Positions 32,759 through 43,245 of a stretch of 43,256 bases of DNA are shown here, in pieces. The notes beneath the pieces are model-generated. The model did no database searches. It was not told the origin of the DNA and saw only the letters and a program-made list of their open reading frames with translations. The DNA comes from an uncultured Deferribacteres bacterium (GTDB lineage: Bacteria; Zhuqueibacterota; Zhuqueibacteria; Zhuqueibacterales; Geothermadaptataceae): contig CAXHAT010000048.1 in NCBI GenBank assembly GCA_964014485.1, positions 1-43,256 of the forward strand, in the 5' to 3' direction. Each line of letters starts with the position of its first letter. Position 1 is the stretch's first letter. A program made the position numbers and the translations under genes.

Positions 32759-34237
32759 GTGAAGATTTTTGCAATCTCTCCACATATTTTTTCGCCGGTC
32801 ATTGTTTTTTTTCTGTTCCAGTTTGTTCCAAATCAAGGCCCGGCTTTGCTCAATGCGGCTGAAGCAGGCGCGGCCAAATTGGACGTCAAAAAATGCGCCC
32901 ACCCCCAAACGACGGGTGCGGTGGACTGCGGAACGTATACTGTTTTTGAAAACAGGGCCAAAAAACAAGGCCGCGAAATCGCCTTGAATATCACAATTTT
33001 GCGAGCGCTTGGCGCCAATCCCGAGCCGGACGCGGTTTTTGTGCTTGCCGGCGGTCCCGGGGCGGGAGCCACTATGTCGGCGCGCCGCTACAATGAGCAT
33101 CCGCTTCGTGAAAAGCGGGACATTGTTCTGGTTGATCAACGCGGAACCGGAAAATCGAATCCGCTGCACTGCGAACTACCTGCAAGCGATGAGAATATTC
33201 AGGGCTACCTTGAAAATGTGTTTGAGCTTGAAACATTTATTGAATGCCGCGAAGCTTTGGCTGAGAAAGCGGATTTGACCCAGTACACAACCCCGATAGC
33301 CGTGGATGATTTCGACGAAGTGCGCGCCGCGTTGGGTTATGAAAAAGTCAATCTGATTGGCGGCTCGTACGGTACGCGCGCCGCGCTCGTTTATATGAGA
33401 CGGCACGGCGAGCATGTTCGCACGGCGATTTTAAACGGCGTGGCTGCCGTCCAAAATAAAAATCCGCTTTATCATGCGCGCGATGCGCAACTGGCGCTTG
33501 AAGAAATCTTCGAAGATTGTCAAAACGACCAATCCTGTCAGGCTGCATTTCCGAATTTGAAGGAAGAATTTGAAGCAGTGCTTGCTCGACTTGCGGAACG
33601 TCCCGCCCGCGTTAAAGTCACGCATCCGGCCACGGGCGAAGAGGTTGAAGTTTTGCTTTCCAGAGACGCTTTTGCGGAAGCGCTGCGGGTGATGATGTAC
33701 AGCACCAGCGCTTCACGCACCGTCCCGCTGTTGATTCGTCAAGCTTACGAAGGCGATTATTCTCCATTTGCCACCTCGGGCGTGCGACGCAATCGCGGGA
33801 TACGCGGTTTTTTGGCGATGGGCTTGCTGCTCTCCGTCGTCTGCGCCTCGGATATGCCCAGAATCAGTGAAGAAGAAATTGTGACGTATACGAACGGCAC
33901 ATTTCTTGGCGACGGACGGGTGAGAAGCCAAAAAGCGGTGTGCGAAATTTGGCCCAGCGGCGAAGTGGCGGAAGATTTCGGCGAGCCCGTGAACGCTGAC
34001 AACCCGACGCTTCTGCTCTCCGGCGTTTTTGACCCTGTAACGCAGCCGGAATGGGGGGAAATCACCGCGAAGCATTTGCCCAACAGTCTGCACTTAACCG
34101 CGCCTGCGGCTCACGGCGTCGGCGGATCGTGTATTCAGGAAATTATTATCAAATTTGTGGAAAGCGGATCGCTGACGGGGCTGAAAACGGATTGCGTCGA
34201 TTTGATGAAGGCGCCGCCTTTTCGCTTGCCGGAATAA
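32759..34237 (+). CDS. Secreted alpha/beta hydrolase, TAP-like (tripeptidyl aminopeptidase-like) peptidase
   Basis: 'LAGGPG', 'DQRGTGKS', nucleophile 'GGSYGT', 'DPVT', 'AHG'. GGAGGAG RBS before GTG. Confidence 0.9.
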   Translation: MKIFAISPHIFSPVIVFFLFQFVPNQGPALLNAAEAGAAKLDVKKCAHPQTTGAVDCGTYTVFENRAKKQGREIALNITILRALGANPEPDAVFVLAGGPGAGATMSARRYNEHPLREKRDIVLVDQRGTGKSNPLHCELPASDENIQGYLENVFELETFIECREALAEKADLTQYTTPIAVDDFDEVRAALGYEKVNLIGGSYGTRAALVYMRRHGEHVRTAILNGVAAVQNKNPLYHARDAQLALEEIFEDCQNDQSCQAAFPNLKEEFEAVLARLAERPARVKVTHPATGEEVEVLLSRDAFAEALRVMMYSTSASRTVPLLIRQAYEGDYSPFATSGVRRNRGIRGFLAMGLLLSVVCASDMPRISEEEIVTYTNGTFLGDGRVRSQKAVCEIWPSGEVAEDFGEPVNADNPTLLLSGVFDPVTQPEWGEITAKHLPNSLHLTAPAAHGVGGSCIQEIIIKFVESGSLTGLKTDCVDLMKAPPFRLPE

Positions 34238-34261
34238 ATTGGGTTTTCAGGAGACTGATTT

Positions 34262-34492
34262 ATGAAACCATGCCCGGAGTGTCGTTCTGAAAGAGTTTAC
34301 CGCTACAAAGAGCCAATCAAGGCCGAGGGCGGCTATGGCCCGGATTTGTTGCCCAAATTAGGGGCGCATTTGTTTTCGTCCGCGCGGTTTTTGCCTGTGG
34401 TCTGCATCGATTGCGGTTATGTAAGATTTTACGCCGCTAAGGAAGCGCTGGCTAAACTTGAAACATCGGAACACTGGCAAAGAATCAATTAA
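34262..34492 (+). CDS. Small zinc-ribbon protein
   Basis: 'CPEC' ... 'VCIDCGYVRFYA'; AGGAG RBS. Confidence 0.75.
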   Translation: MKPCPECRSERVYRYKEPIKAEGGYGPDLLPKLGAHLFSSARFLPVVCIDCGYVRFYAAKEALAKLETSEHWQRIN

Positions 34493-34549
34493 TGCTCAAA
34501 TATAGATAACGCCGCCGTCACTTAATTTGGAGTCTCATCTCGAACGCTT

Positions 34550-37324
34550 ATGAAAAAGTTCTCAATTGTTGTTTTGCTGGCTGTAGTTGCATTTTCGTTC
34601 ATTTTCCGAGGAAATGATTTTCGTCCTGACGAAAAGTTTCAAAGTGTTGTCCCTGCGTCTTCAGGGACGAAGGATGATCCGCAAGCGCGACTGCGTTTCG
34701 ATCATGAGCGCTTTAAAGACCCGGTTTCGCAAAAGATTCCTGATAATATCAGAAGACAAGAGCTTCGTTTCGCTCGCAAGCTGTTGGCAAAGCAGCACGC
34801 TACGGGGCAAGCGCAAACGCAAGGATTATTGGCTTGGAGCCAAAGAGGCCCTTACAATATTGGCGGGCGTACGCGGGCGCTCGCTATTGACGTCAACGAC
34901 GAAAATGTGATCCTCGCAGGCGGCGTTGCGGGCGGCGTTTGGCGATCAACCGACGGCGGCAGTTCTTGGCTTCGAACTTCGGATTTCAATGATTTCCCCG
35001 GCGTTACCAGCATTGTGCAAGACAAGCGACCAGGCAGAACAAACATTTGGTACTACGGCACCGGGGAATTTAGAGGCAGCACGCAATTTGACTCCGCGCC
35101 CTTAACCGGCGACGGCGTTTATAAATCCATTGACGGCGGGCAATCCTGGAGTCCGCTGCTATCGACAATTTCCGATACGCCGCAATCCGTGGATCAGCCG
35201 TTTGATTATATCTGGAATGTGGCGACAGACGCCTCGAATGAAACGCAAGATGAAGTTTACGTTGCGGGCATCGGTTCGATTCAGCGCTCGACGGACGGCG
35301 GCGAATCGTGGAGTCTGACTTTGGGAAGCGCCAGCACGCGATTTGGCCCGGCTTTTACGGAAATTGAAGTGACCAGCGCAGGCGTTGCCTATGCCGCACT
35401 CGCCAGCGTGGGCCGCGATTTGAGTGTACCCTACGACAGCTCCGGCATTTTTCGATCCGAGAACGGCGTGGATTGGACAAACATAACGCCCGACGGATGG
35501 CCGTCGACGACGTGGCGCACGGTGGTTGGAGCAGCGCCTTCCAATGAGAGAATAGTTTATTTCCTTTCGCACACGCCTTTCGACGGCGACTTGAGACACC
35601 AACTCTGGAAATACACTTACGTTTCCGGCGACGGCTCCGGCAGTGGAGGGAGATGGGACGACCTCACGGCAAATTTGCCGGCCTTTGGCGGAGAAATTGG
35701 TGATTTTAGCTCGCAATCGTCATACGATATGACGATTGCAATTAAACCTGACGATGCAACTATGGTCTTTGTTGGCGGCGTGAATCTGTATCGTTCGTCT
35801 TCCGGCTTTTCAACGACCGCAAGTACGCGCTGGATCGGCGGCTACGTTTCGGCAAATAGTTTTGTTCAATACGCGGGACACCACCCCGACCAGCACAATC
35901 TGGCGTTTTCGCCCGCCAATCCGAACGTTCTTTTTTCCAGTCATGACGGCGGCGTGAGCATGACAAGAAACGGCGCCGAAACGCGTCCGCTCTGGCGAGA
36001 TTTAAGCAACGGATACTTCACGACGCAATTTTATGCAGCCGCGCTTGATCAAACGCCGGGCAGTGACTTCATCGTTGGAGGGATGCAGGACAATGGCACG
36101 TGGGGCGTGAACGTCAATGACGGTACTGCTAATTGGCGGGAATATTCCAGCGGCGACGGCGGATTCTGCGCAATAACGGACTCTGGCACAGTTGCGATCA
36201 CTTCATCGCAAAACGGGCGTGTCTTTCGTTACAACCTCGACGCGCCAGGCGGTCGCACCGGTCGGTGGACGCGCGTTGATCCTGAAGGCGCCAGCGGTTA
36301 TTTGTTTATTAGCCCGTTTATTGTCGATCCGAACGATGAGGATTTGATGTACTTGCCTGCCGGAGTTGTGATGTGGCGGAACAGCGGATTATCGGAGATT
36401 CCTGCGTTTTCCAATAACCCGGCGACTGTCAATTGGGAGCAACTAACAAAATCCCGCGTCACAAGCGGCAGAATTTCCACTTTGGCGGCTTCGACGCAAC
36501 CGGCGAATATTTTGTACTTTGCCACTTCAAGTGGAAGGCTCTACAAAATGCTGGACGCTCACGAAGGACAGCCCGAACGCGTTGATTTAACTGATTTTTC
36601 CGTTTTCCCGAGGAATTCAAACATCAATTCGATAGCAGTCGATCCTGAGAACGGCGACCGTGTGTTGGTCGCGTTTTCAAATTATCGCGTGAAGAGTATT
36701 TTTTACAGCGAAGACGGCGGCGAAAGCTGGGCGGACGTCAGCGGCAATCTTGAGGAAGAGCCGAGCGGCCAGGGCGCCGGGCCTTCCGTCCGTTCCGTTG
36801 CGATTCTGCCGGGTGTGAAAAAAATGTTTTTTGCGGGAACAAGTACGGGGCTTTACAGCACGCAAGCTCTCGACGGCGAATCAACGATTTGGACGCAGGA
36901 AGGCCCTGAATCCATTGGCAACGCCATTGTAGAAATGGTCGTCACGCGACCTGCCGACGGCGAAGTTCTGGTCGCGACGCACGGCAACGGCGTCTTTACC
37001 ACAAACTTAATCACTAGCGTTTCCGCAGAAGTCGCCGAACCCCCAAGAGATTTTTCTCTCCTGCAAAATTATCCCAATCCGTTTAATCCGGAAACGATCA
37101 TTCCGTTTAGCCTGCCTGTGGCCGCGCATGTCAAAATTTCCGTTTACGATATTGCGGGCAGATTAGTGCGGACGTTAGCGGACGGCGTTGTGCAGGCCGG
37201 GAGGCATGAACGCATGTGGGACGGGCGCAATGAAAGTGGAGAAGCAGCGGCCAGCGGCGCTTATTTTGTCCGTTTAATCGCTGAAAAGAATGTCAGCACG
37301 AGAAAGATTTTACTCGTTCGATAA
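34550..37324 (+). CDS. Secreted BNR/Asp-box (VPS10/GH74-like) beta-propeller protein with FlgD-Ig/T9SS type-A CTD
   Basis: 'RGPYNIGGRTRALAID', repeated 'S.DGG.SW' Asp-boxes, 'HPDQH', 'GGMQDNGT', 'VATHGNG'; CTD 'LLQNYPNPFNPETII..WDGRNESG..SGAYFVRL..RKILLVR'. Confidence 0.9.
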   Translation: MKKFSIVVLLAVVAFSFIFRGNDFRPDEKFQSVVPASSGTKDDPQARLRFDHERFKDPVSQKIPDNIRRQELRFARKLLAKQHATGQAQTQGLLAWSQRGPYNIGGRTRALAIDVNDENVILAGGVAGGVWRSTDGGSSWLRTSDFNDFPGVTSIVQDKRPGRTNIWYYGTGEFRGSTQFDSAPLTGDGVYKSIDGGQSWSPLLSTISDTPQSVDQPFDYIWNVATDASNETQDEVYVAGIGSIQRSTDGGESWSLTLGSASTRFGPAFTEIEVTSAGVAYAALASVGRDLSVPYDSSGIFRSENGVDWTNITPDGWPSTTWRTVVGAAPSNERIVYFLSHTPFDGDLRHQLWKYTYVSGDGSGSGGRWDDLTANLPAFGGEIGDFSSQSSYDMTIAIKPDDATMVFVGGVNLYRSSSGFSTTASTRWIGGYVSANSFVQYAGHHPDQHNLAFSPANPNVLFSSHDGGVSMTRNGAETRPLWRDLSNGYFTTQFYAAALDQTPGSDFIVGGMQDNGTWGVNVNDGTANWREYSSGDGGFCAITDSGTVAITSSQNGRVFRYNLDAPGGRTGRWTRVDPEGASGYLFISPFIVDPNDEDLMYLPAGVVMWRNSGLSEIPAFSNNPATVNWEQLTKSRVTSGRISTLAASTQPANILYFATSSGRLYKMLDAHEGQPERVDLTDFSVFPRNSNINSIAVDPENGDRVLVAFSNYRVKSIFYSEDGGESWADVSGNLEEEPSGQGAGPSVRSVAILPGVKKMFFAGTSTGLYSTQALDGESTIWTQEGPESIGNAIVEMVVTRPADGEVLVATHGNGVFTTNLITSVSAEVAEPPRDFSLLQNYPNPFNPETIIPFSLPVAAHVKISVYDIAGRLVRTLADGVVQAGRHERMWDGRNESGEAAASGAYFVRLIAEKNVSTRKILLVR

Positions 37325-37374
37325 AATAATTTTGAGAATCATGGCTTATGAAATCTGCTGATCCGGTAAACGGG

Positions 37375-37403
37375 TTGACATTCTTTGCCCAATCCAATAT
37401 TTT
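37375..37403 (+). promoter_or_regulatory. Putative sigma70-type promoter for the Uma2 gene
   Basis: TTGACA (37375-37380), 17-nt spacer, TATTTT (37398-37403), 40 nt upstream of ATG 37443. Confidence 0.5.
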
Positions 37404-37442
37404 AGGCGGAGATCAGAGCAAATACTTTTTAGAGGCGAAATA

Positions 37443-38093
37443 ATGGCTGAAACACTTGAATTACTTGAACAAGAGCAGACAATCGCGGAAGATTTGCCGT
37501 TCGATCAGCGCTCCGATGTGACGGTCGAAGAATTGGCAAACGTCTCAACGCCTTACCCCGCCGAGCTTTATGATGGGAGGATTGTTTACAAAATGCCGAA
37601 CTATGAACATGCTGTTCTACAAGCGGAATTGATTGGCGAGCTGAAAATTTACTTAAAGAAAAATCCGATTGGTCAAGTTCTCGGCGAAGCAAATTTCAAG
37701 CTCTGGCCTGACCGCGAGCACGAATCCCGCATCCCCGATCTCGCATTTATTAAAAAAGAAAACGCTCCGGAAAATCCCCGTTCTTTTCCGCAAGGCGCGC
37801 CCGATCTCGCCGTCGAAATCATTTCACCGAACGATAATTTCCTGAAAGTCATGACCAAAGTTGACGAATACCTGGCGCAAGGCGCTCAGGCCGTTTGGCT
37901 GGTGATGGCTGAAAAGCGCGAAGTCCTGGTTTGTTCTCCGGGCGGACGCTTTACTTCCGTTCGCGATACGCTCGTCGCGCCGGGGATTCTTCCAGAATTT
38001 GAACTGCCGCTGAACAATATTTTTGGAGAGCCGTCTGAACCGACGCAGACTGATGAGCGGCAGGACGAAAAACAATCGGTGAAAGCAAAATAA
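37443..38093 (+). CDS. Uma2 (DUF820) family PD-(D/E)XK endonuclease
   Basis: 'ELYDGRIV', 'RIPDLAFI', 'GAPDLAVEIISP', 'KVDEYLAQGAQAVWLV', 'LPEFELPLNNIF'. Confidence 0.92.
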   Translation: MAETLELLEQEQTIAEDLPFDQRSDVTVEELANVSTPYPAELYDGRIVYKMPNYEHAVLQAELIGELKIYLKKNPIGQVLGEANFKLWPDREHESRIPDLAFIKKENAPENPRSFPQGAPDLAVEIISPNDNFLKVMTKVDEYLAQGAQAVWLVMAEKREVLVCSPGGRFTSVRDTLVAPGILPEFELPLNNIFGEPSEPTQTDERQDEKQSVKAK

Positions 38094-38168
38094 AATCGCC
38101 GTCGGCGCAGTTGTTTAAATCCACAAAGTTCCTCAAACACTCCATTTTTACCTCAAAAACGCAATTCG

Positions 38169-40703
38169 ATGAAAACCAACGGTAATTGGATTTTTAAAAT
38201 GGCTTGGCGGGACAGCCGCTTTCAACGGAAGAAGCTGTTCTTTTTTATGTCGTCCATCATTCTTGGCACGGCGGCGTTGGTTGCGATCAGCTCGCTTGGG
38301 GAAAATTTACAACAGGCTATCGATTCGCAGTCGCGCACGCTCTTGGGAGCTGATCTCTCGATCAGAAGCCAACGCGAATTTCCGCCGGAAGTGGAAGCGT
38401 TGTTTGATTCTCTTGGCGGCGAGCAATCTCGGCAGACGAGCTTTACCTCGATGGCTTTTTTCCCGAAAAATAACAGCACGCGCTTGTCGTCTATACGCGC
38501 GCTTGGCGGCGATTTTCCTTACTACGGCGAGTTGGTTACCACGCCCCCGGAAGCGAGCGAGACCTTCCGTACGCAGCAGCAAGCGCTCGTCGACGCCGGG
38601 CTGATGATTCAATTTGGGCTGGAAGTCGGCGATTCGGTGAAAATCGGGACGGTCAATTTCGGTATCGCCGGTCGATTGGAAAAAATTCCCGGAGAAGCCA
38701 TTGCGAATTCGCTTGTCGGACCTCGCATCTATTTTCCAATCCGCTACCTCGATGAAACCGATCTTATCCAGCCCGGGAGTCTTGCGACGCACTATCGTTT
38801 ATTCAAATTTGCTGCGCCCGTGAATCCCGATTCACTTCGGGAACGGATGACGCCGTACAGAAACAAGTACGGCATAACCTACGAAACGGTGGAACGCAGG
38901 CGCGCCAGGTTGGGACGTGCGATGGAAAACTTGTATCGTTTTCTCAATCTTGTCGGATTCATCGCGCTGTTACTCGGAAGCATTGGCGTTGCCAGCGCGA
39001 TTCACGTCTACATCAAACAAAAACTGAGCACGATTGCGATTCTGCACTGCATTGGTGCGGAAACCCGAAAAACATTCCTGATTTACTCGCTGCAAGCTTG
39101 CGGCATGGGATTTCTCGGCGCTTCACTGGGGGCCGCGCTAGGACTCTTAATTCAGCTGGCGCTGCCAGAAATTCTCGGCGATTTTATCCCTGTTGAGGTC
39201 GAATTATCCATCTCGTGGACGGCTGTTGTGAAAGGATTGACCATCGCCGTAAGCATTGCATTTTTATTCGCGGCGCTTCCTTTACTTTCCGTCAGAAAAA
39301 TTTCTCCGCTTTTGGCGATTCGTTCGAGCGTTGATGAAACGGCGACAACCAAAGACCCGCTGCGTTGGGTCGCCTATTTTTTTATTCTTGCTGCAATCAC
39401 AGTTTTTTCAATCACACAAACCCCGCGTTTGGGAAATGCGCTCGGCTTTGTTGGCGCTTTGATCGCCGCTTTCGGGCTGCTCGCCGGAACCGCTAAATTA
39501 ATCGTCTTTTTAATTAAGCGCTTTTTCCCGTCTAATTGGCGCTACACGTCTCGGCAGGGGCTGGCCAACCTCTATCGGCCAGGTAATCAAACTTTAATTA
39601 TGATGGTCTCGCTTGGCCTCGGCGTCTTCCTGATCACGACGCTTTATTTGACGCAAAACGTCTTGCTGCACCAAGTCTCGCTAAGCAGCATTGGCAATCA
39701 ACCCAACATGGTGTTTTTTGACGTACAGTCTGATCAGAAGGAGGGGGTGAAGGACATTCTTAAGTCGCACAGCCTGCCGATCTTACAGCAAGTTCCGATC
39801 GTTACAATGCGGTTAGCGGAAGTGAACGGGCGAACGACTGAAGAAATTCTCGCTGACAGCAACCGTACAATCCGGCGCTGGGTATTGCGGCGTGAATATC
39901 GGTGCAGCTATCGCGATAGTTTGAGCGATACGGAAACGGTTGTAGCAGGCGCTTTTTATCGAGATAACAATTCGAACGGGGACTCCATTTTTGTTTCCCT
40001 CGAAGACGGGATCGCCGAAGATTTAGAAGTTGGGATCGGCGATCCGCTCAAATTTAATGTTCAGGGTATTCCGATTCAAACATATGTCGGCAGTATTCGA
40101 ACTGTTGATTGGCAGCGCGTGCAGCCTAATTTTTTTGTGCTTTTCCCGTCCAAAGTGTTGGAGAGTGCGCCGCAATTTCACGTGTTGGTGACTCGTGTAA
40201 ATTCGCGTGAGACCTCGGCTGCTGTACAGCGGGAAGCCGTGGCGAAATATCCGAATGTTTCGGCAATCGATCTGACATTGATTCTCGACACCGTCGATGC
40301 GATTCTCAATAAAGTCGCTTTTGTCATCCGATTCATGGCGTTGTTCAGTATTTTGACCGGAATAACCGTGCTTATTGGCGCGGTCTTGACCAGCCGGTTT
40401 CAGCGGATTCGAGAAAGCGTTCTGCTGCGAACTTTGGGCGCCGACAAGCGCCAAGTCACGCGCATCATGATTTTGGAATATGCATTTCTGGGTGGAATTG
40501 CGGCGCTAACGGGGCTGCTGCTTTCAATTGCAGGCAGTTGGGGACTGGCATTTTTCGTTTTCGAAGTCAACTACATACCAGTGTTATGGCCGTTGGTGAT
40601 TGTTTTTGCGCTGGTTATCGGATTGACCGTTTTACTAGGGATGATGAACAGCCGCGGCGTTGTAAACCGTCCGCCGTTGGAGATTTTACGGAGTGAAGTG
40701 TAA
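38169..40703 (+). CDS. YbbP-like ABC transporter permease (two FtsX domains)
   Basis: 'MAWRDSR', 'LLGADL', 'FPYYG', 'PNMVFFDVQSDQ', 'IRTVDWQRVQPNFFVLF', 'LLRTLGA', C-terminal 'PPLEILRSE'. Confidence 0.92.
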   Translation: MKTNGNWIFKMAWRDSRFQRKKLFFFMSSIILGTAALVAISSLGENLQQAIDSQSRTLLGADLSIRSQREFPPEVEALFDSLGGEQSRQTSFTSMAFFPKNNSTRLSSIRALGGDFPYYGELVTTPPEASETFRTQQQALVDAGLMIQFGLEVGDSVKIGTVNFGIAGRLEKIPGEAIANSLVGPRIYFPIRYLDETDLIQPGSLATHYRLFKFAAPVNPDSLRERMTPYRNKYGITYETVERRRARLGRAMENLYRFLNLVGFIALLLGSIGVASAIHVYIKQKLSTIAILHCIGAETRKTFLIYSLQACGMGFLGASLGAALGLLIQLALPEILGDFIPVEVELSISWTAVVKGLTIAVSIAFLFAALPLLSVRKISPLLAIRSSVDETATTKDPLRWVAYFFILAAITVFSITQTPRLGNALGFVGALIAAFGLLAGTAKLIVFLIKRFFPSNWRYTSRQGLANLYRPGNQTLIMMVSLGLGVFLITTLYLTQNVLLHQVSLSSIGNQPNMVFFDVQSDQKEGVKDILKSHSLPILQQVPIVTMRLAEVNGRTTEEILADSNRTIRRWVLRREYRCSYRDSLSDTETVVAGAFYRDNNSNGDSIFVSLEDGIAEDLEVGIGDPLKFNVQGIPIQTYVGSIRTVDWQRVQPNFFVLFPSKVLESAPQFHVLVTRVNSRETSAAVQREAVAKYPNVSAIDLTLILDTVDAILNKVAFVIRFMALFSILTGITVLIGAVLTSRFQRIRESVLLRTLGADKRQVTRIMILEYAFLGGIAALTGLLLSIAGSWGLAFFVFEVNYIPVLWPLVIVFALVIGLTVLLGMMNSRGVVNRPPLEILRSEV

Positions 40704-40859
40704 GCGGGCCCCTGTCTGAAGCGCGTACGTCTCCGTTATAGACTTAAAAGTCTAAAATTTGAAAAATTGTTGCGCGTTTCTACTGTCCGTCCCTGTCGTT
40801 TTATTTTATGGAAAATGAAAAACTGGCAGGTTTAATATGCGGCGGATGCGAATTCGCGA

Positions 40860-41123
40860 CTATGCGCCCTCTCCGGTGATACGCTTATACTCTTCGAGAA
40901 TCTCGTTCTCAAGCTTGTCACGAAAAGAAGCGTTGATTGGATGCGCAATATCTCTGTGTTCGCCGTTTCCCAAACGACGACTCGGCATACTGACAAAGAA
41001 TGCGTCGGGACCTTTGATGATTTTCATACCACGCACAACGAAGCAATTGTCGAATGTGACGTTAACAAATGCTTTGAGCTTGTCTTCGTCGCGCGGAGTG
41101 ATGGTGATTTCGGTAATTTCCAT
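40860..41123 (-). CDS. spoVG: SpoVG family nucleic-acid-binding protein
   Basis: 'MEITEITI..KLKAFVNVTFDNCFVVRGMKII.G..FVSMPSR..GEHRDIAHPIN..R..ILEEY'; AGGAG RBS. Confidence 0.93.
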   Translation of the reverse strand: MEITEITITPRDEDKLKAFVNVTFDNCFVVRGMKIIKGPDAFFVSMPSRRLGNGEHRDIAHPINASFRDKLENEILEEYKRITGEGA

Positions 41124-41285
41124 CCTTTTGCAATTCTCCTTCTAAAAACGTACCGTCCAAGGTCTAATGTGGCGGCTATCTTAATGAAAAAAAATTGATT
41201 TAGCAACGCCTATATCACAAATATTTGCGACTTTATAAGGTTTTTTTACGCATTTTCGCAAATTGTTATTTCACGTCAGTAATTG

Positions 41286-43010
41286 CTAATGCGATTCCCG
41301 TTTTACTTCCCCGCCTGATTTTCCCGCCAGGAAATCGAAGTCTGCACCCAAATGCGACTGCTCAACATGCTTAATATAAAGATGCGCATAGCCGCGATCA
41401 TATTCGTGCGGCGGCTGTTGCCAGTTCTTTCGGCGAGCATCGAGGGTTTCTTCAGGAACATCGAGATGTAGCTTTTTGTTGGCTACATCGACCTCGATGT
41501 AATCGCCGTTTTCCACCAGCGCCAGCGTTCCGCCAATCCACGATTCCGGCGAGATATGCAGAAAAACAGTGCCGAAAGCCGTGCCGCTCATCCTGCCGTC
41601 GGAGATTCTGACGATGTCTGTCACGCCTTTCTCCAGCAGTTTTTTTGGCAAAGCCATATTTCCAACTTCGGGCATGCCTGGGTAGCCTTTCGGGCCAACA
41701 TATTTTAAAACAAGCACGGAATTTTCGTCAACTTCCAGCTCAGGATCGTCGATACGTTCGTGATAGTCTTCGATGCTTTCAAAAACAACCGCTTTGCCTC
41801 GGTGCTTCAGTAGATGCGGAGAAGCGGCGGACGGCTTGATTACAGCGCCGTCTTCACAAAGATTGCCTTTTACAACAGTAATGCCTGCATGAGGTTGTAC
41901 GGGTTGAGACAGGGTTGCGATAACGTCTTCGTTGTAACACTCGGCGTCTTGCACGTTTTCACCAATCGTTTTGCCGTTCACGGTCAACGCGGCGCTGTGT
42001 AGTTCCTTTCGCAATGTTTTGATCACCACCGGCAATCCCCCTGCGTAATAAAAATCCTCCATCAAATACTCGCCCGACGGCATGAGATTGACTAACAACG
42101 GGATTTGGCTGCCAAGTCTGTCAAAATCATCCAGAGATAATTCCACGCCGATGCGCCGTGCAATGGCCATGAGGTGAACAACAAAATTACTTGAGCCGCC
42201 GACTGCGGCGTTGAGCATAATGGCGTTTTCAAAGGCTTCTCGCTGAAGAATTTTTGACATGACCAGATTTTCGCCGACCATCTCAACGATGCGATTGCCC
42301 GACTCATGCGCCAAAACTTTTCGGCGGGAATCCGCAGCGGGTATTGCGGCGTTTCCCGGCAGCGCAAGTCCGAGCGCTTCAACCATGCACGCCATCGTGG
42401 AAGCCGTCCCCATCGTCATGCAATGGCCGCGACTGCGCGACATGCAAGATTCCGCGAAAGCAAATTCATGCTCAGTCATTTTGCCCGAACGCAGATCGTC
42501 GCTGAATTTCCAGACATGGGTTCCTGAACCGATGTTCTCGCCGCGATACTTGCCGTTAAGCATTGGCCCGCCTGAGACGACAATGGTTGGCAAATCGACG
42601 CTGCACGCGCCCATGATCGTCGAAGGCGTCGTCTTGTCGCAGCCACAGAGGAGCACAACGCCGTCAATTGGATTAGCGCGGATCGATTCTTCAACGTCCA
42701 TGCTGACGAGGTTACGATAAAGCATCGCGGTTGGGCGAATCAGCGTTTCTCCAAGCGACATGACTGGAAATTCCAGCGGAAAGCCGCCGGCCTCCCAAAC
42801 GCCGCGTTTTACTGACTCCGCCAACTCCCGAAAATGCGCGTTGCACGGCGTCAATTCCGACCATGTATTGCAAATGCCGATCACCGGCTTGCCTTGAAAT
42901 TCAAAATCCGGAAAACCCTGGTTTTTCATCCAACTGCGGTAGATAAAACCGTCTTTTCCTTCTTTGCCAAACCAATCACGGCTTCTGAGTTTTTTCGGTT
43001 TTTCAGGCAT
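41286..43010 (-). CDS. IlvD/Edd family dehydratase, most like sugar-acid (L-arabinonate-type) dehydratases
   Basis: 'LRSRDWF', 'GICNTWSELTPCNAHF', 'RPTAMLYRNL', 'GCDKTTP', 'GHCMTMGTASTM', 'GPKGYPGMPE', 'SDGRMSGT'. Confidence 0.93.
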   Translation of the reverse strand: MPEKPKKLRSRDWFGKEGKDGFIYRSWMKNQGFPDFEFQGKPVIGICNTWSELTPCNAHFRELAESVKRGVWEAGGFPLEFPVMSLGETLIRPTAMLYRNLVSMDVEESIRANPIDGVVLLCGCDKTTPSTIMGACSVDLPTIVVSGGPMLNGKYRGENIGSGTHVWKFSDDLRSGKMTEHEFAFAESCMSRSRGHCMTMGTASTMACMVEALGLALPGNAAIPAADSRRKVLAHESGNRIVEMVGENLVMSKILQREAFENAIMLNAAVGGSSNFVVHLMAIARRIGVELSLDDFDRLGSQIPLLVNLMPSGEYLMEDFYYAGGLPVVIKTLRKELHSAALTVNGKTIGENVQDAECYNEDVIATLSQPVQPHAGITVVKGNLCEDGAVIKPSAASPHLLKHRGKAVVFESIEDYHERIDDPELEVDENSVLVLKYVGPKGYPGMPEVGNMALPKKLLEKGVTDIVRISDGRMSGTAFGTVFLHISPESWIGGTLALVENGDYIEVDVANKKLHLDVPEETLDARRKNWQQPPHEYDRGYAHLYIKHVEQSHLGADFDFLAGKSGGEVKRESH

Positions 43011-43217
43011 TGGCTTTTCCTTTGGAATGGAAGTTTCGTTTTTAGAAAGAAGATTTCGGTCGGTGTGTCAGGCGGGGTAAAATTGTATTCAACTTTTGGA
43101 CGAAATATAAATTTCTGAAGACATTTTGGGAGCGAATTCTCACGCTCCCAAAGCTGATAACTCATGTTACGCACTCTCGGAAATTTCCCAATTAGCACCG
43201 AAGAAACGTCACTTTTG

Positions 43218-43245
43218 CGTCATTCCCGCGCAGGCGGGAATCCAG
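43218..43245. repeat. CGTC-type REP-like hairpin (dRS3/RPE-like core)
   Basis: CGTC-ATTCCCGC-gcag-GCGGGAAT-CCAG; ATTCCC-N8-GGGAAT core. Confidence 0.75.
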
